Shown here: one piece after another, positions 52,532-62,575 of the stretch | Layout: the number at the start of each line of letters is the position of its first letter | Numbering within the stretch: the stretch's first letter is position 1 | NCBI GenBank assembly: GCA_016781135.1 | Contig: JADDQY010000035.1 | Coordinates: forward strand, 17,764 to 81,763 | Length of the DNA stretch: 64,000 nucleotides | Direction of reading: 5' to 3' | Source: Actinomycetota bacterium | GTDB taxonomy: Bacteria; Actinomycetota; Acidimicrobiia; Acidimicrobiales; CADCSY01 | The notes under the pieces: model-generated | What the model saw: the letters and a program-made list of their open reading frames with translations, nothing else | The model's database searches: none | What the model was told of the DNA's origin: nothing | Translations under genes and position numbers: made by a program

Positions 52532-54718
52532 GTGCTCGAGAACGCCTGGATCATCCCTGCGATCACGTTCGCCTCGTTCTGGCTGATCCTGTTCCTCGGC
52601 AAGCGCCTTCCCAAGCACGGTGCCGAGATCGGCATCGCCGCCGTGGGAGCCGCCTTCGTGCTTTCGTGCGTCGCCGTTGCCCAGTGGATCGACCGCCCGG
52701 CGACCGAGATGGTCACGGCGGCCACCGGCGCCGGGGAGGAGCACGGCGGGGCCGGCGAGGAGCACGGCGCCGAGCCCGAAGAACACGGCGGAGCCGGCGA
52801 GGAGCACGGCGCCAAGCCCGAACAGGAGGCAGGCCACGCCCTCGGCCAGGTCCGGATCCTCGCTGCCGAGGCGGACGGCGAGCACGGGGAGGAGGCCGAG
52901 CACGAGGTTGAGCCCATCCGGGCCGCGGTGGAGCGCAACGTCACGTGGTTCTCGATCGGCGGCATCGACGTCACCGTGGGCACCGCCGTCGACGGCCTGA
53001 CCGTGGTGATGTTGTTCACGGTCACGATGATCTCGCTGCTGGTGCACGTCTTTTCGACCAACTACATGCACGGTGACGTTCGTTTCACCTACTTCTTCGC
53101 CGCCCTGTCGCTGTTCACCACCGGGATGCTGCTGCTGGTGGTCTCGAGCAGCACCCTCCAGGCCCTCTTCGGCTGGGAGCTCATGGCCGTGTGCAGCTTC
53201 ATGCTGATCGGCCACTGGTGGGAGAAGAAGGAGAACTCCAACGCCGCCATGAAGGCGTTCCTCACCACCCGGACGGGAGACGTCGGGCTGCTGGTGGGCA
53301 TCGTCACGTTGTTCTTTGCCGCTGGCCAGACCTTCGACATCGCCCGGATCAACGAGGCGGCGTTGAGCCGAGGAGTGCCCCAGACCGCGCTGGTGGTGGG
53401 CGCGGCCGCCTTGCTCATCGGGGTGATCGGCAAGTCGGCCCAGTTCCCGCTGCACACCTGGCTCCCCGACGCCATGGCCGGCCCCACCCCGGTGTCGGCC
53501 CTGATCCACGCCGCCACCATGGTGGTGGCCGGCGTCTACCTCGTGGCTCGCCTCTACGGGGTGTTCTGGTCGGCGTTCGACATCGGAGCAGGCGGCGCCA
53601 ACCCCGTCGCCATCGTCGGCGGCATCACCATCCTCATCGCCGCCGCCCTGGCCTTCGTGCAGCGCGACATCAAGAAGGTGCTCGCCTACTCCACGGTGAG
53701 CCAGCTGGGGTACATGGTCATGGCGCTGGGGGTGGGGGCGTGGACGGCGGGCATCTTCCACCTCTTCACCCATGCCTTCTTCAAGGGACTCCTCTTCCTC
53801 GGCGCCGGTTCGGTGAGCCACGCCGTCCACAGCTTCGACATGAAGGCCGACATGGGCGGGTTGCGCAAGTACATGCCGACGACCTTCGCCACCTTTCTGA
53901 TCGGCTCGCTGGCCCTGGCCGGGCTGCCGCCGCTCGCCGGGTTCTGGTCCAAGGACGAGATCCTCCTCGGTGCCGCCGAGAACGGCTACCGGTTCTTCGA
54001 GGTCCTCGGCCTCGTGGGCGCGTTCATGACCGCCGCCTACATGACCCGCTGCGTCTACCTCACGTTCTTCGGGGAATACCGGGGCCACGGGCATCCTCAC
54101 GAGTCGCCGCCGGCGATCACCGTGCCTCTGGCGGTGCTGGCGGTGTTCTCGGTCGGAGCCGGCTTTCTCAACGCCCCCGGGTTCGAGCTGTTCGGCACGC
54201 TCACCGAGAACCGGGTGTACCTCCGGGCCGGCGTGCCCCATCACCCGTTCGAGGTGTTCCCAGCGGTGGTGTCGACCGTGGTGGTGCTGGCGGCGCTGGC
54301 CCTCGGCTACCTGCTGTTCTTCCAGCGGCGCCTTCCCCGTGGGGTCACCAGCCGCAACCCTGCCGCCCGGGCCGGCTACGGCCTGCTCGTCAACAAGTAC
54401 TACCTCGACCACCTCTACACCGGGGTCATCGTCGGGTCGGTCAAGGGGGCCATTGCCCGAGGCGCGTACTGGATCAACCAGAAGGTGATCGACGGGGTGG
54501 TCAACGGGATCGGGATCGCCTCCAAGCGCGCCGGCGGCTGGGTCTACCGCCACGTCGACCAGGAGGTGGTCGACGGTGCGGTGAACGGCGCCGGGTTCGG
54601 CGCCGAGGGCTTCGGGGGCATCCTGCGCACGATCCAGACGGGCCGGGTGCAGCAGTACGGTGCCCTGCTGTTCGGCGCCACCGCGGTGCTGGCGCTCGGC
54701 CTGGTCATCTTCGTCTAA
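52532..54718 (+). CDS. nuoL2: NADH-quinone oxidoreductase subunit L, second copy (728 aa, His/Glu-rich loop insertion)
   Basis: GKSAQFPLHTWLPDAMAGPTPVSALIHAATMV and VLAYSTVSQLGYM. A roughly 65-aa acidic EEHG-repeat insertion lies between TM2 and TM3. Confidence 0.9.
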   Translation: MLENAWIIPAITFASFWLILFLGKRLPKHGAEIGIAAVGAAFVLSCVAVAQWIDRPATEMVTAATGAGEEHGGAGEEHGAEPEEHGGAGEEHGAKPEQEAGHALGQVRILAAEADGEHGEEAEHEVEPIRAAVERNVTWFSIGGIDVTVGTAVDGLTVVMLFTVTMISLLVHVFSTNYMHGDVRFTYFFAALSLFTTGMLLLVVSSSTLQALFGWELMAVCSFMLIGHWWEKKENSNAAMKAFLTTRTGDVGLLVGIVTLFFAAGQTFDIARINEAALSRGVPQTALVVGAAALLIGVIGKSAQFPLHTWLPDAMAGPTPVSALIHAATMVVAGVYLVARLYGVFWSAFDIGAGGANPVAIVGGITILIAAALAFVQRDIKKVLAYSTVSQLGYMVMALGVGAWTAGIFHLFTHAFFKGLLFLGAGSVSHAVHSFDMKADMGGLRKYMPTTFATFLIGSLALAGLPPLAGFWSKDEILLGAAENGYRFFEVLGLVGAFMTAAYMTRCVYLTFFGEYRGHGHPHESPPAITVPLAVLAVFSVGAGFLNAPGFELFGTLTENRVYLRAGVPHHPFEVFPAVVSTVVVLAALALGYLLFFQRRLPRGVTSRNPAARAGYGLLVNKYYLDHLYTGVIVGSVKGAIARGAYWINQKVIDGVVNGIGIASKRAGGWVYRHVDQEVVDGAVNGAGFGAEGFGGILRTIQTGRVQQYGALLFGATAVLALGLVIFV
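52730..52831 (+). repeat. in-frame tandem repeat encoding (G)AGEEHG(A/G)xPE units in nuoL2
   Basis: Two adjacent 42-nt units (52748..52789 and 52790..52831) differ at a few positions. They are preceded by a partial unit. Translation: GAGEEHGGAGEEHGAEPEEHGGAGEEHGAKPEQE. Confidence 0.8.
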
Positions 54719-54746
54719 CCGTCGAACGGGGGAGTGGGAAACGCAC

Positions 54747-56273
54747 ATGGACGCCCTGGATGACCTGGCGCTGACCGCGGCGGTGTTCCTTCCCCTTGTG
54801 GGAGCGGTGGTGATGCTGCTCACTCCCCGCCGGCAGGAGACCGTCCACAAGGTGATCGCCTTGCTCACCACCCTGGCGACCTTCGCCGTCGGGGTCTACG
54901 TGCTCGTGCGGTTCGACTACCGCCGGGCCGACCTGTTGCAGTTCAACGTGAACGCGTCGTGGATCGACGTCATCAACAGCCGGTACATCCTCGGCGTCGA
55001 CGGCATCTCCCTGCCGCTTCTGATCCTGTCGATGTTCGTGTGCGTGCTGGTGGTGATCTACAGCTGGAACCACTTCCCCGAGCCCCACAACCCCAAGGCG
55101 TTCCTCCTCCTCGTCCTGGTGCTGGAGACAGGGATGAACGGGACCTTCGTGGCCCAGGACCTGATCCTGTTCTTCGTGTTCTTCGAGGTCGTGCTGTTGC
55201 CGATGTACTTCATGATCGGGGTGTGGGGCGGTGAGCAGCGCCAGTACGCCGCCATCAAGTTCTTCCTGTTCACCCTGTTCGGATCGGCGCTCATGATCCT
55301 CAGCTTCCTGGCCCTGTTCTTCCGCGGTGGTCAGACCTTCGCCATCCAAGAGCTCATTGCCGTGGCGTCCGACACCATCCCCCGCTCGACCCAGCTGCTG
55401 ATCTTCGGCGGCCTGTTCATGGGTTTCGCCATCAAGGTCCCGATGTTCCCGTTCCACACCTGGCTGCCTGACGCCCACACCCAGGCCCCGACCCAGGGCT
55501 CGGTGATCCTCGCCGCCATCCTGCTGAAGCTCGGCACCTACGGGTTCGTGCGCATCGCCATCCCCATCCTCCCCGAGGCTGCCCGGGTGTGGGCCCCGTG
55601 GATCGGTGGCCTCGCCGTCATCGGCATCATCTACGGCGCTCTCGGATGCCTGGCCCAGAGCGACATGAAGCGGCTCATCGCCTTCTCGTCGGTGGCCCAC
55701 ATGGGCTACGTCATGCTTGGCATCGCCACCCTCACCGACTTCGGGATCAACGCCGCCGTCTTCGGGATGGTCGCCCACGGCCTCATCACCGGGATGCTCT
55801 TCTTCGTGGCCGGATCGGTGAAGGACCGGTTCCACACGCTCGAGCTCTCCCGCCTCGGTGGCCTGCTGATCCAGGCGCCGCGCATGGGCTGGATCCTCGG
55901 CTTCTGCGCCATGGCCTCGCTCGGCCTGCCCGGCCTCGCCGGGTTCTGGGGCGAGTTCCCGGCGATCCTCGCCGCCTACAACCCCGCTCCAGGGCTGTCC
56001 CGGGAGCTGTTCCGGGTGTACATGGTGGTCGCCGCCATCGGCACCGTCTTCGCCGCCGGCTACCTGCTGTGGATGCTCCAGCGAGCCGCCTTCGGCACCC
56101 CCACCAAGGAGTTCGCCGGCCACCCCATCCCCGACATGCGCTGGCCCGAGTACCTGGCCTGGACGCCGATGCTCCTGCTCATCGTGGTGCTGGGCATCTT
56201 CCCCAACCTGTTGTTCGGGTTGACCAACCGCGCCGTCGACACTGCACTCGCTGCCTTCGGCGGGGGTGGCTGA
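54747..56273 (+). CDS. nuoM2: NADH-quinone oxidoreductase subunit M, second copy
   Basis: 508 aa from ATG 54747. FEVVLLPMYFMIGVWG, KVPMFPFHTWLPDAHTQAPTQGSVILAAI and LIAFSSVAHMG. Confidence 0.9.
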   Translation: MDALDDLALTAAVFLPLVGAVVMLLTPRRQETVHKVIALLTTLATFAVGVYVLVRFDYRRADLLQFNVNASWIDVINSRYILGVDGISLPLLILSMFVCVLVVIYSWNHFPEPHNPKAFLLLVLVLETGMNGTFVAQDLILFFVFFEVVLLPMYFMIGVWGGEQRQYAAIKFFLFTLFGSALMILSFLALFFRGGQTFAIQELIAVASDTIPRSTQLLIFGGLFMGFAIKVPMFPFHTWLPDAHTQAPTQGSVILAAILLKLGTYGFVRIAIPILPEAARVWAPWIGGLAVIGIIYGALGCLAQSDMKRLIAFSSVAHMGYVMLGIATLTDFGINAAVFGMVAHGLITGMLFFVAGSVKDRFHTLELSRLGGLLIQAPRMGWILGFCAMASLGLPGLAGFWGEFPAILAAYNPAPGLSRELFRVYMVVAAIGTVFAAGYLLWMLQRAAFGTPTKEFAGHPIPDMRWPEYLAWTPMLLLIVVLGIFPNLLFGLTNRAVDTALAAFGGGG

Positions 56274-56314
56274 TGACTCGTTTTCTCCCGCCTGATCCGG
56301 CCGAGGGTGACTGA
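56273..56314 (+). CDS. candidate relay mini-ORF (13 codons) between nuoM2 and nuoN2
   Basis: ATG 56273 overlaps the nuoM2 TGA (56271..56273). Product MTRFLPPDPAEGD. TGA 56312..56314 lies 1 nt before the in-frame nuoN2 GTG at 56316 and inside the alternative start at 56307. Confidence 0.25.
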   Translation: MTRFLPPDPAEGD

Positions 56315-57821
56315 GGTGGAGCCCGTGTTCAGCGCGCCCACGGTCGACTTCCACGCCTTTGGACCGGAGATCGTCCTCGTGGTCGTGCTGGGCGTGCTGT
56401 TGCTGGTCGACCTCGTCTTCGAAGAGCGTGCTCGCTGGGCCTCCTCGACCATCGCCGGGATCGGGCTGCTCGCCGCCCTGGTGCCGGTCCTCACCCTGGC
56501 CATCGACGGCGGCGACCGGACCCTGTTCGGGGGGGCCTACGTCGTCGACAACTTCGCCCTGGTGCTCAAGGGCTTGTTCCTGGTGGCGGGGTACGTCACC
56601 GTGCTCATCAGCACCGACTACATCGGCGACGGCGACTACTACGAGGGCGAGTACTACTTCATGCTGCTGTCGTCGTTGCTGGGCATGACCGTCATGGCGT
56701 CCGCCCGCGACCTGCTGAGCATCTTCGTGGCCCTCGAGCTGCTGTCGATTCCCGCCTACCTGCTGGCCGGATGGCGCAAGCGCGATCTACGGGGCAACGA
56801 GGCCTCGCTGAAGTACTACCTGCTCGGGGTGTTCGCCTCGGCGGTGATGCTCTACGGGATGTCACTGGTGTTCGGTGTGGCCGGCTCCACGCTGCTGTCC
56901 GATGTCGGCGCCGCCGTGTCCAGAGGGCCTCGCTCGGCGCCGGTCATCACCGTGGGGATCGTGTTCATCGTCGTCGGCTTCGCCTTCAAGGTCTCGGCGG
57001 TGCCGTTCCACACCTGGGCCCCCGACACCTACGAAGGCGCCCCCACCCCGATCACGGCCTTCTTGTCGGTGGCCTCCAAAGCCGCCGGCTTCGTGGCCCT
57101 GGTGCAGTTGGTGTTCATCGGCTTCCTCGGTCGTGACGACGTGTGGGCCCCCATGTTCTGGGTGCTCGCCGCTGTCACCATGACCGTCGGCAACCTCATC
57201 GCCCTGCGCCAGACCAACGTCGTGCGCCTCCTCGCCTACTCCTCGGTGGCCCAGGCCGGGTTCATCCTGGCCCCCTTCGCCGTCGCTGCCGACATCCCCG
57301 CTGCCCGGGGTGGCGTGGGCTCGGCCACCGGCGCGGTCGTCACCTACCTGTTGATCTACTCGGCCATGAACCTGGGAGCTTTCGCCGTGGTCATGGCCGT
57401 CGCCCGCAAGACCCGCTCCGGGGAGATCGCGTCCTACGGCGGGCTGTTCCAGTACGCGCCGGGGCTGACCGTGCTCATGACCATCTTCTTGTTCGCCCTG
57501 GCCGGGATCCCGCCCCTCGCCGGGTGGTACGCCAAGTTCGTGGTGTTCAAGTCGCTGCTCGACGCCGGGACGGCAGCCGCCATCGCCCTCGCCGTGGTCG
57601 GCGTGGTCAACTCGGTGATCGGGCTCTTCTACTACGCCTCGGTGGCTCGGGAGATGTGGATGAGCCCGGTGCCCGACGGTCAGGAGGTCACGCCCGTCCG
57701 GGTCCCCGCCGCCTTGGGTGCCAGCCTGGCCCTGTGCGCGGCGGCGACACTCGCCATCGGCGTCGTTCCCAACCTCGTCGCCCGCCTCGGAAACCTGGCC
57801 CTGTTCGGGGCGCTCCCGTAA
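56307..57821 (+). CDS. nuoN2: NADH-quinone oxidoreductase subunit N, second copy
   Basis: 504 aa. LELLSIPAYLLAG, FKVSAVPFHTWAPDTYEGAPTPITAF, LLAYSSVAQAGF. Start GTG 56307 or GTG 56316. Confidence 0.9.
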   Translation: MTEVEPVFSAPTVDFHAFGPEIVLVVVLGVLLLVDLVFEERARWASSTIAGIGLLAALVPVLTLAIDGGDRTLFGGAYVVDNFALVLKGLFLVAGYVTVLISTDYIGDGDYYEGEYYFMLLSSLLGMTVMASARDLLSIFVALELLSIPAYLLAGWRKRDLRGNEASLKYYLLGVFASAVMLYGMSLVFGVAGSTLLSDVGAAVSRGPRSAPVITVGIVFIVVGFAFKVSAVPFHTWAPDTYEGAPTPITAFLSVASKAAGFVALVQLVFIGFLGRDDVWAPMFWVLAAVTMTVGNLIALRQTNVVRLLAYSSVAQAGFILAPFAVAADIPAARGGVGSATGAVVTYLLIYSAMNLGAFAVVMAVARKTRSGEIASYGGLFQYAPGLTVLMTIFLFALAGIPPLAGWYAKFVVFKSLLDAGTAAAIALAVVGVVNSVIGLFYYASVAREMWMSPVPDGQEVTPVRVPAALGASLALCAAATLAIGVVPNLVARLGNLALFGALP

Positions 57822-57854
57822 CCGCTCGCTCACCGCTCGTCCACCATCGGAACC

Positions 57855-59045
57855 GTGGTCGGCGACGTGATCAATCGCCAGGGGCCACTGCGGTTCGACG
57901 AGTTCCTGGAGTTGGCGCTGTACGGTCCCGACGGCTTCTACGCCCGTGGCCGCGGCGCCGGGCGCCGGGGTGACTTCCTCACCAGTCCCGAGGTGGGCCC
58001 GCTGTTCGGGGCGGTGGTGGCCCGGGCCCTCGACGTCGAGTGGCGGGGACAGGGGCAGCCCGACCCCTTCGTGGTGGTGGAAGCCGGCGCCGGGCGAGGG
58101 CAGCTGGCCCGCAGCCTGCTTGACGCCAACCCCGCCTGCGCCGGCTCCCTGCGCTACGTCTGCGTCGAGCGGTCGCCCACGTTGCGGGCGGCGGCCACGG
58201 CCGTCCTCCACCCCGAGCCGGCGACGATGCTCCTCGGGCCCGTCGTCGGCGCCGACGAGGAGCTTCGGGTCCTTCCCGGTCGAGGCCCGCTGGTGGCCGT
58301 GGTCGAGGAGCTGCCGGCGACGGTCGGTGTGCACGCCGTGCTGGCCAACGAGCTGCTCGACAACCTCCCGTTCCGGCTGCTCCAGCGACACGAGCACGGG
58401 TGGGGCGAGGTGTTCGTCGGCATGAACGCGGACGGCGCGCTGGGTGAGCTTCTCGTTGACGCCGCCCCCGGCGTCGCCGCCGAAGCCGATCGCCTTGCCC
58501 CCGACGCTCCCTCCGGCGCCCGGATCCCGCTGCAGCACGCGGCGGTCAACTGGCTGAGGCGGGCCCTCGCCCTGGTCGTGCGGGGGCGGGTGGTGGTCAT
58601 CGACTACGCCGACACCACCGCCGGCCTCGCCCTTCGCCCGTGGCACCATTGGACCCGTACCTATCGGGCCCACGGCCGGGGCGGGGCGCCCCTCGACACC
58701 CCTGGGAGCCAGGACGTGACCTGCGAGGTGGCGGTCGACCAGCTGGCGGCGGCCGTCGGCCGGCCCGACGGCGATCGGTCCCAGGCGGAGTGGCTCGCCT
58801 CCCACGGGATCGACGAGCTGGTGGCTGCCGCCCGCTCCACCTGGCACGAGCGGGCCCACCTGGGCGACCTGGCAGCGCTGGCGGCCCGGAGCAGGGTCGG
58901 GGAGGCCGAGGCCCTGTGCGACCCCGGCGGCCTGGGCACCTTCCGGGTCCTCGAGTGGCTCCTCCCCCGTGGTGGTGGTGGGGCCGCCGGCATCTCCGCC
59001 GGCGTCGGCCACCAGGACCGGAGTGGGGCGGAGGGGGATCGGTGA
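57855..59045 (+). CDS. MidA/NDUFAF7-like SAM-dependent methyltransferase (DUF185 family)
   Basis: 396 aa. LRFDEFLELALYGPDGFY, GDFLTSPEVGPLFG and VVEAGAGRGQLA (SAM motif I). Begins 33 nt after nuoN2. Confidence 0.7.
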   Translation: MVGDVINRQGPLRFDEFLELALYGPDGFYARGRGAGRRGDFLTSPEVGPLFGAVVARALDVEWRGQGQPDPFVVVEAGAGRGQLARSLLDANPACAGSLRYVCVERSPTLRAAATAVLHPEPATMLLGPVVGADEELRVLPGRGPLVAVVEELPATVGVHAVLANELLDNLPFRLLQRHEHGWGEVFVGMNADGALGELLVDAAPGVAAEADRLAPDAPSGARIPLQHAAVNWLRRALALVVRGRVVVIDYADTTAGLALRPWHHWTRTYRAHGRGGAPLDTPGSQDVTCEVAVDQLAAAVGRPDGDRSQAEWLASHGIDELVAAARSTWHERAHLGDLAALAARSRVGEAEALCDPGGLGTFRVLEWLLPRGGGGAAGISAGVGHQDRSGAEGDR

Positions 59046-60487
59046 GCACCCGAGGAGCGGGAGCACTGGTGTTCGCCACCTCGGCGGCGGTGCTGGTGCT
59101 CGAGATCCTCGCCGGGCGGATGGTGGCCCCCTACGTGGGGGTGTCGATCGAGACCTTCACCGGGGTGATCGGCACCGTGCTGGCCGGCATCGCGCTCGGG
59201 GCCGCCGCCGGCGGTCGCCTGGCGGACCGCCGGTCGCCGCGGCTGCTGGTCGGCCCGGCCGTCGTCGCCGGAGGGGTGCTGGCCCTGATGTCGGTGCCAG
59301 TGGTGTCGCTGCTGGGGCCGGCGGTGGCGGGCGGGGGACCGCTCGCCATCGTGGTGCTGGCGGCCGGCGCCTTCTTCGCCCCCGCCGCCGTCCTGAGCGC
59401 GGTCAGCCCGATGGCGGCCAAGCTGCGCCTGGCCAGCCTGGCCGAGACCGGGTCGGTGGTGGGGGGCCTGTCGGCCGCGGGCACGGCCGGGGCACTGTTC
59501 GGCACGTTCCTCACCGGCTTCGTGCTGGTGGTCGCCGTGCCCACCCGGCCGCTGGTGATCGCCCTCGGTGTCGCCCTCATCCTCGCCGGCGGGCTGCTGT
59601 GCTGGCGGCTGGCAGGCCGTCTGCCGAGCGGGGGGGCGGTCGCGACCGTGCTGGTCGCAGCCAGCGCTGCCTCGCTCTCACCGAGCCCGTGTCAGGTCCA
59701 CACCACCTACTACTGCGCCCAGGTCCAGGTCGACCCCAGCCGTTCGACCGGCCGGGTGCTGCTGCTCGACAACCTTCGCCACAGCTACGTCGACCTGGCC
59801 GACCCGACCCATCTGGAGTTCCGCTACGTCCGGCTCCTGGCCGACGTGGTCGGGGCCGAGCACCCCCCGGGGCGACCGGTCGACGCCCTCCATCTCGGCG
59901 GGGGCGGCTTCACGTTTCCTCGGTACCTCGATGCCACCCGGCCTGGCTCGACCAGCCTGGTGCTCGAGCTCGACCCCGGCCTGGTCGCGCTCGCCGCCGA
60001 CGAGCTCGGCCTGCGCACCGACGCTGACCTGCGTGTGGAGGTGGGCGACGCCCGGACGGCACTGGCCGAGCTGGCCACCGACGCCTTCGACGTGGTCGTC
60101 GGCGACGCCTTCGGCGGCCTGTCGGTGCCCTGGCACCTGGCCACCGTGGAGGTGGCCGAGGAGCTGGCCCGGGTCCTGCGTCCCGAAGGGGTCTACGCGG
60201 TCAACGTGATCGACGGGGGACCCGACCGCCTCGTGCGAGCCGAGGCCGCCACCCTCGGCGACGTGTTCGAGCACGTGGCGGTCATCGCTCCGCCCTCCGG
60301 TACGGGCGACACCCCCGCCAACCACGTCCTCGTGGCGTCACAGGAGCCCCTCGCCCTCGGTCCCGACGACGTCGGCGTCGGCGACGGCGTGGTGCTCACC
60401 GGGCCCGACGTCGACGCCTTCGTCGCCGGGGCCCGACCTCTCACTGACGACTTCGCCCCCGCCGACCAGCTCCTCACCCGCCGGTGA
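59042..60487 (+). CDS. fused polytopic membrane domain / spermidine synthase-like methyltransferase
   Basis: 481 aa from GTG 59042, a GTGA overlap with the midA-like stop. About 7 N-terminal TM helices. The C-terminal domain has HLGGGGFTFPRY, LELDPGLV, VVGDAFGG and VLRPEGVYAVN. Confidence 0.7.
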   Translation: MSTRGAGALVFATSAAVLVLEILAGRMVAPYVGVSIETFTGVIGTVLAGIALGAAAGGRLADRRSPRLLVGPAVVAGGVLALMSVPVVSLLGPAVAGGGPLAIVVLAAGAFFAPAAVLSAVSPMAAKLRLASLAETGSVVGGLSAAGTAGALFGTFLTGFVLVVAVPTRPLVIALGVALILAGGLLCWRLAGRLPSGGAVATVLVAASAASLSPSPCQVHTTYYCAQVQVDPSRSTGRVLLLDNLRHSYVDLADPTHLEFRYVRLLADVVGAEHPPGRPVDALHLGGGGFTFPRYLDATRPGSTSLVLELDPGLVALAADELGLRTDADLRVEVGDARTALAELATDAFDVVVGDAFGGLSVPWHLATVEVAEELARVLRPEGVYAVNVIDGGPDRLVRAEAATLGDVFEHVAVIAPPSGTGDTPANHVLVASQEPLALGPDDVGVGDGVVLTGPDVDAFVAGARPLTDDFAPADQLLTRR

Positions 60488-60547
60488 CCCTGCCCGGCTC
60501 TGGCCGGGCCTGGCGCCGCCTCCGTGGCCGTGCCCGAGCCTGCCACC

Positions 60548-60553
60548 TAACCT
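60548..60553 (+). promoter_or_regulatory. candidate -10 hexamer TAACCT; acs would be leaderless
   Basis: TAACCT-CGGTGC-ATG, with exactly 6 nt to ATG 60560. A CCCGGC-TCTG-GCCGGG hairpin sits upstream, after the preceding gene. Confidence 0.35.
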
Positions 60554-60559
60554 CGGTGC

Positions 60560-62533
<1,974 letters not shown>

Positions 62534-62575
62534 GGCGCGGCGAAACGCGGGCGCTTCCTCGTCGCCTGCCCCTCC

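Noticed and set aside
52730-52831. Tandem repeats considered as a possible CRISPR or VNTR locus
   Set aside because: There are only two and a half units, they are in frame inside nuoL2 and they have no spacers. They are reported instead as a coding repeat.
62534-62575. Possible bidirectional terminator (GCGCGGCGAAACGCGGGCGC) between convergent acs and hppA
   Set aside because: Only 4+3 bp can pair, with internal G-G mismatches. That is too weak to call.
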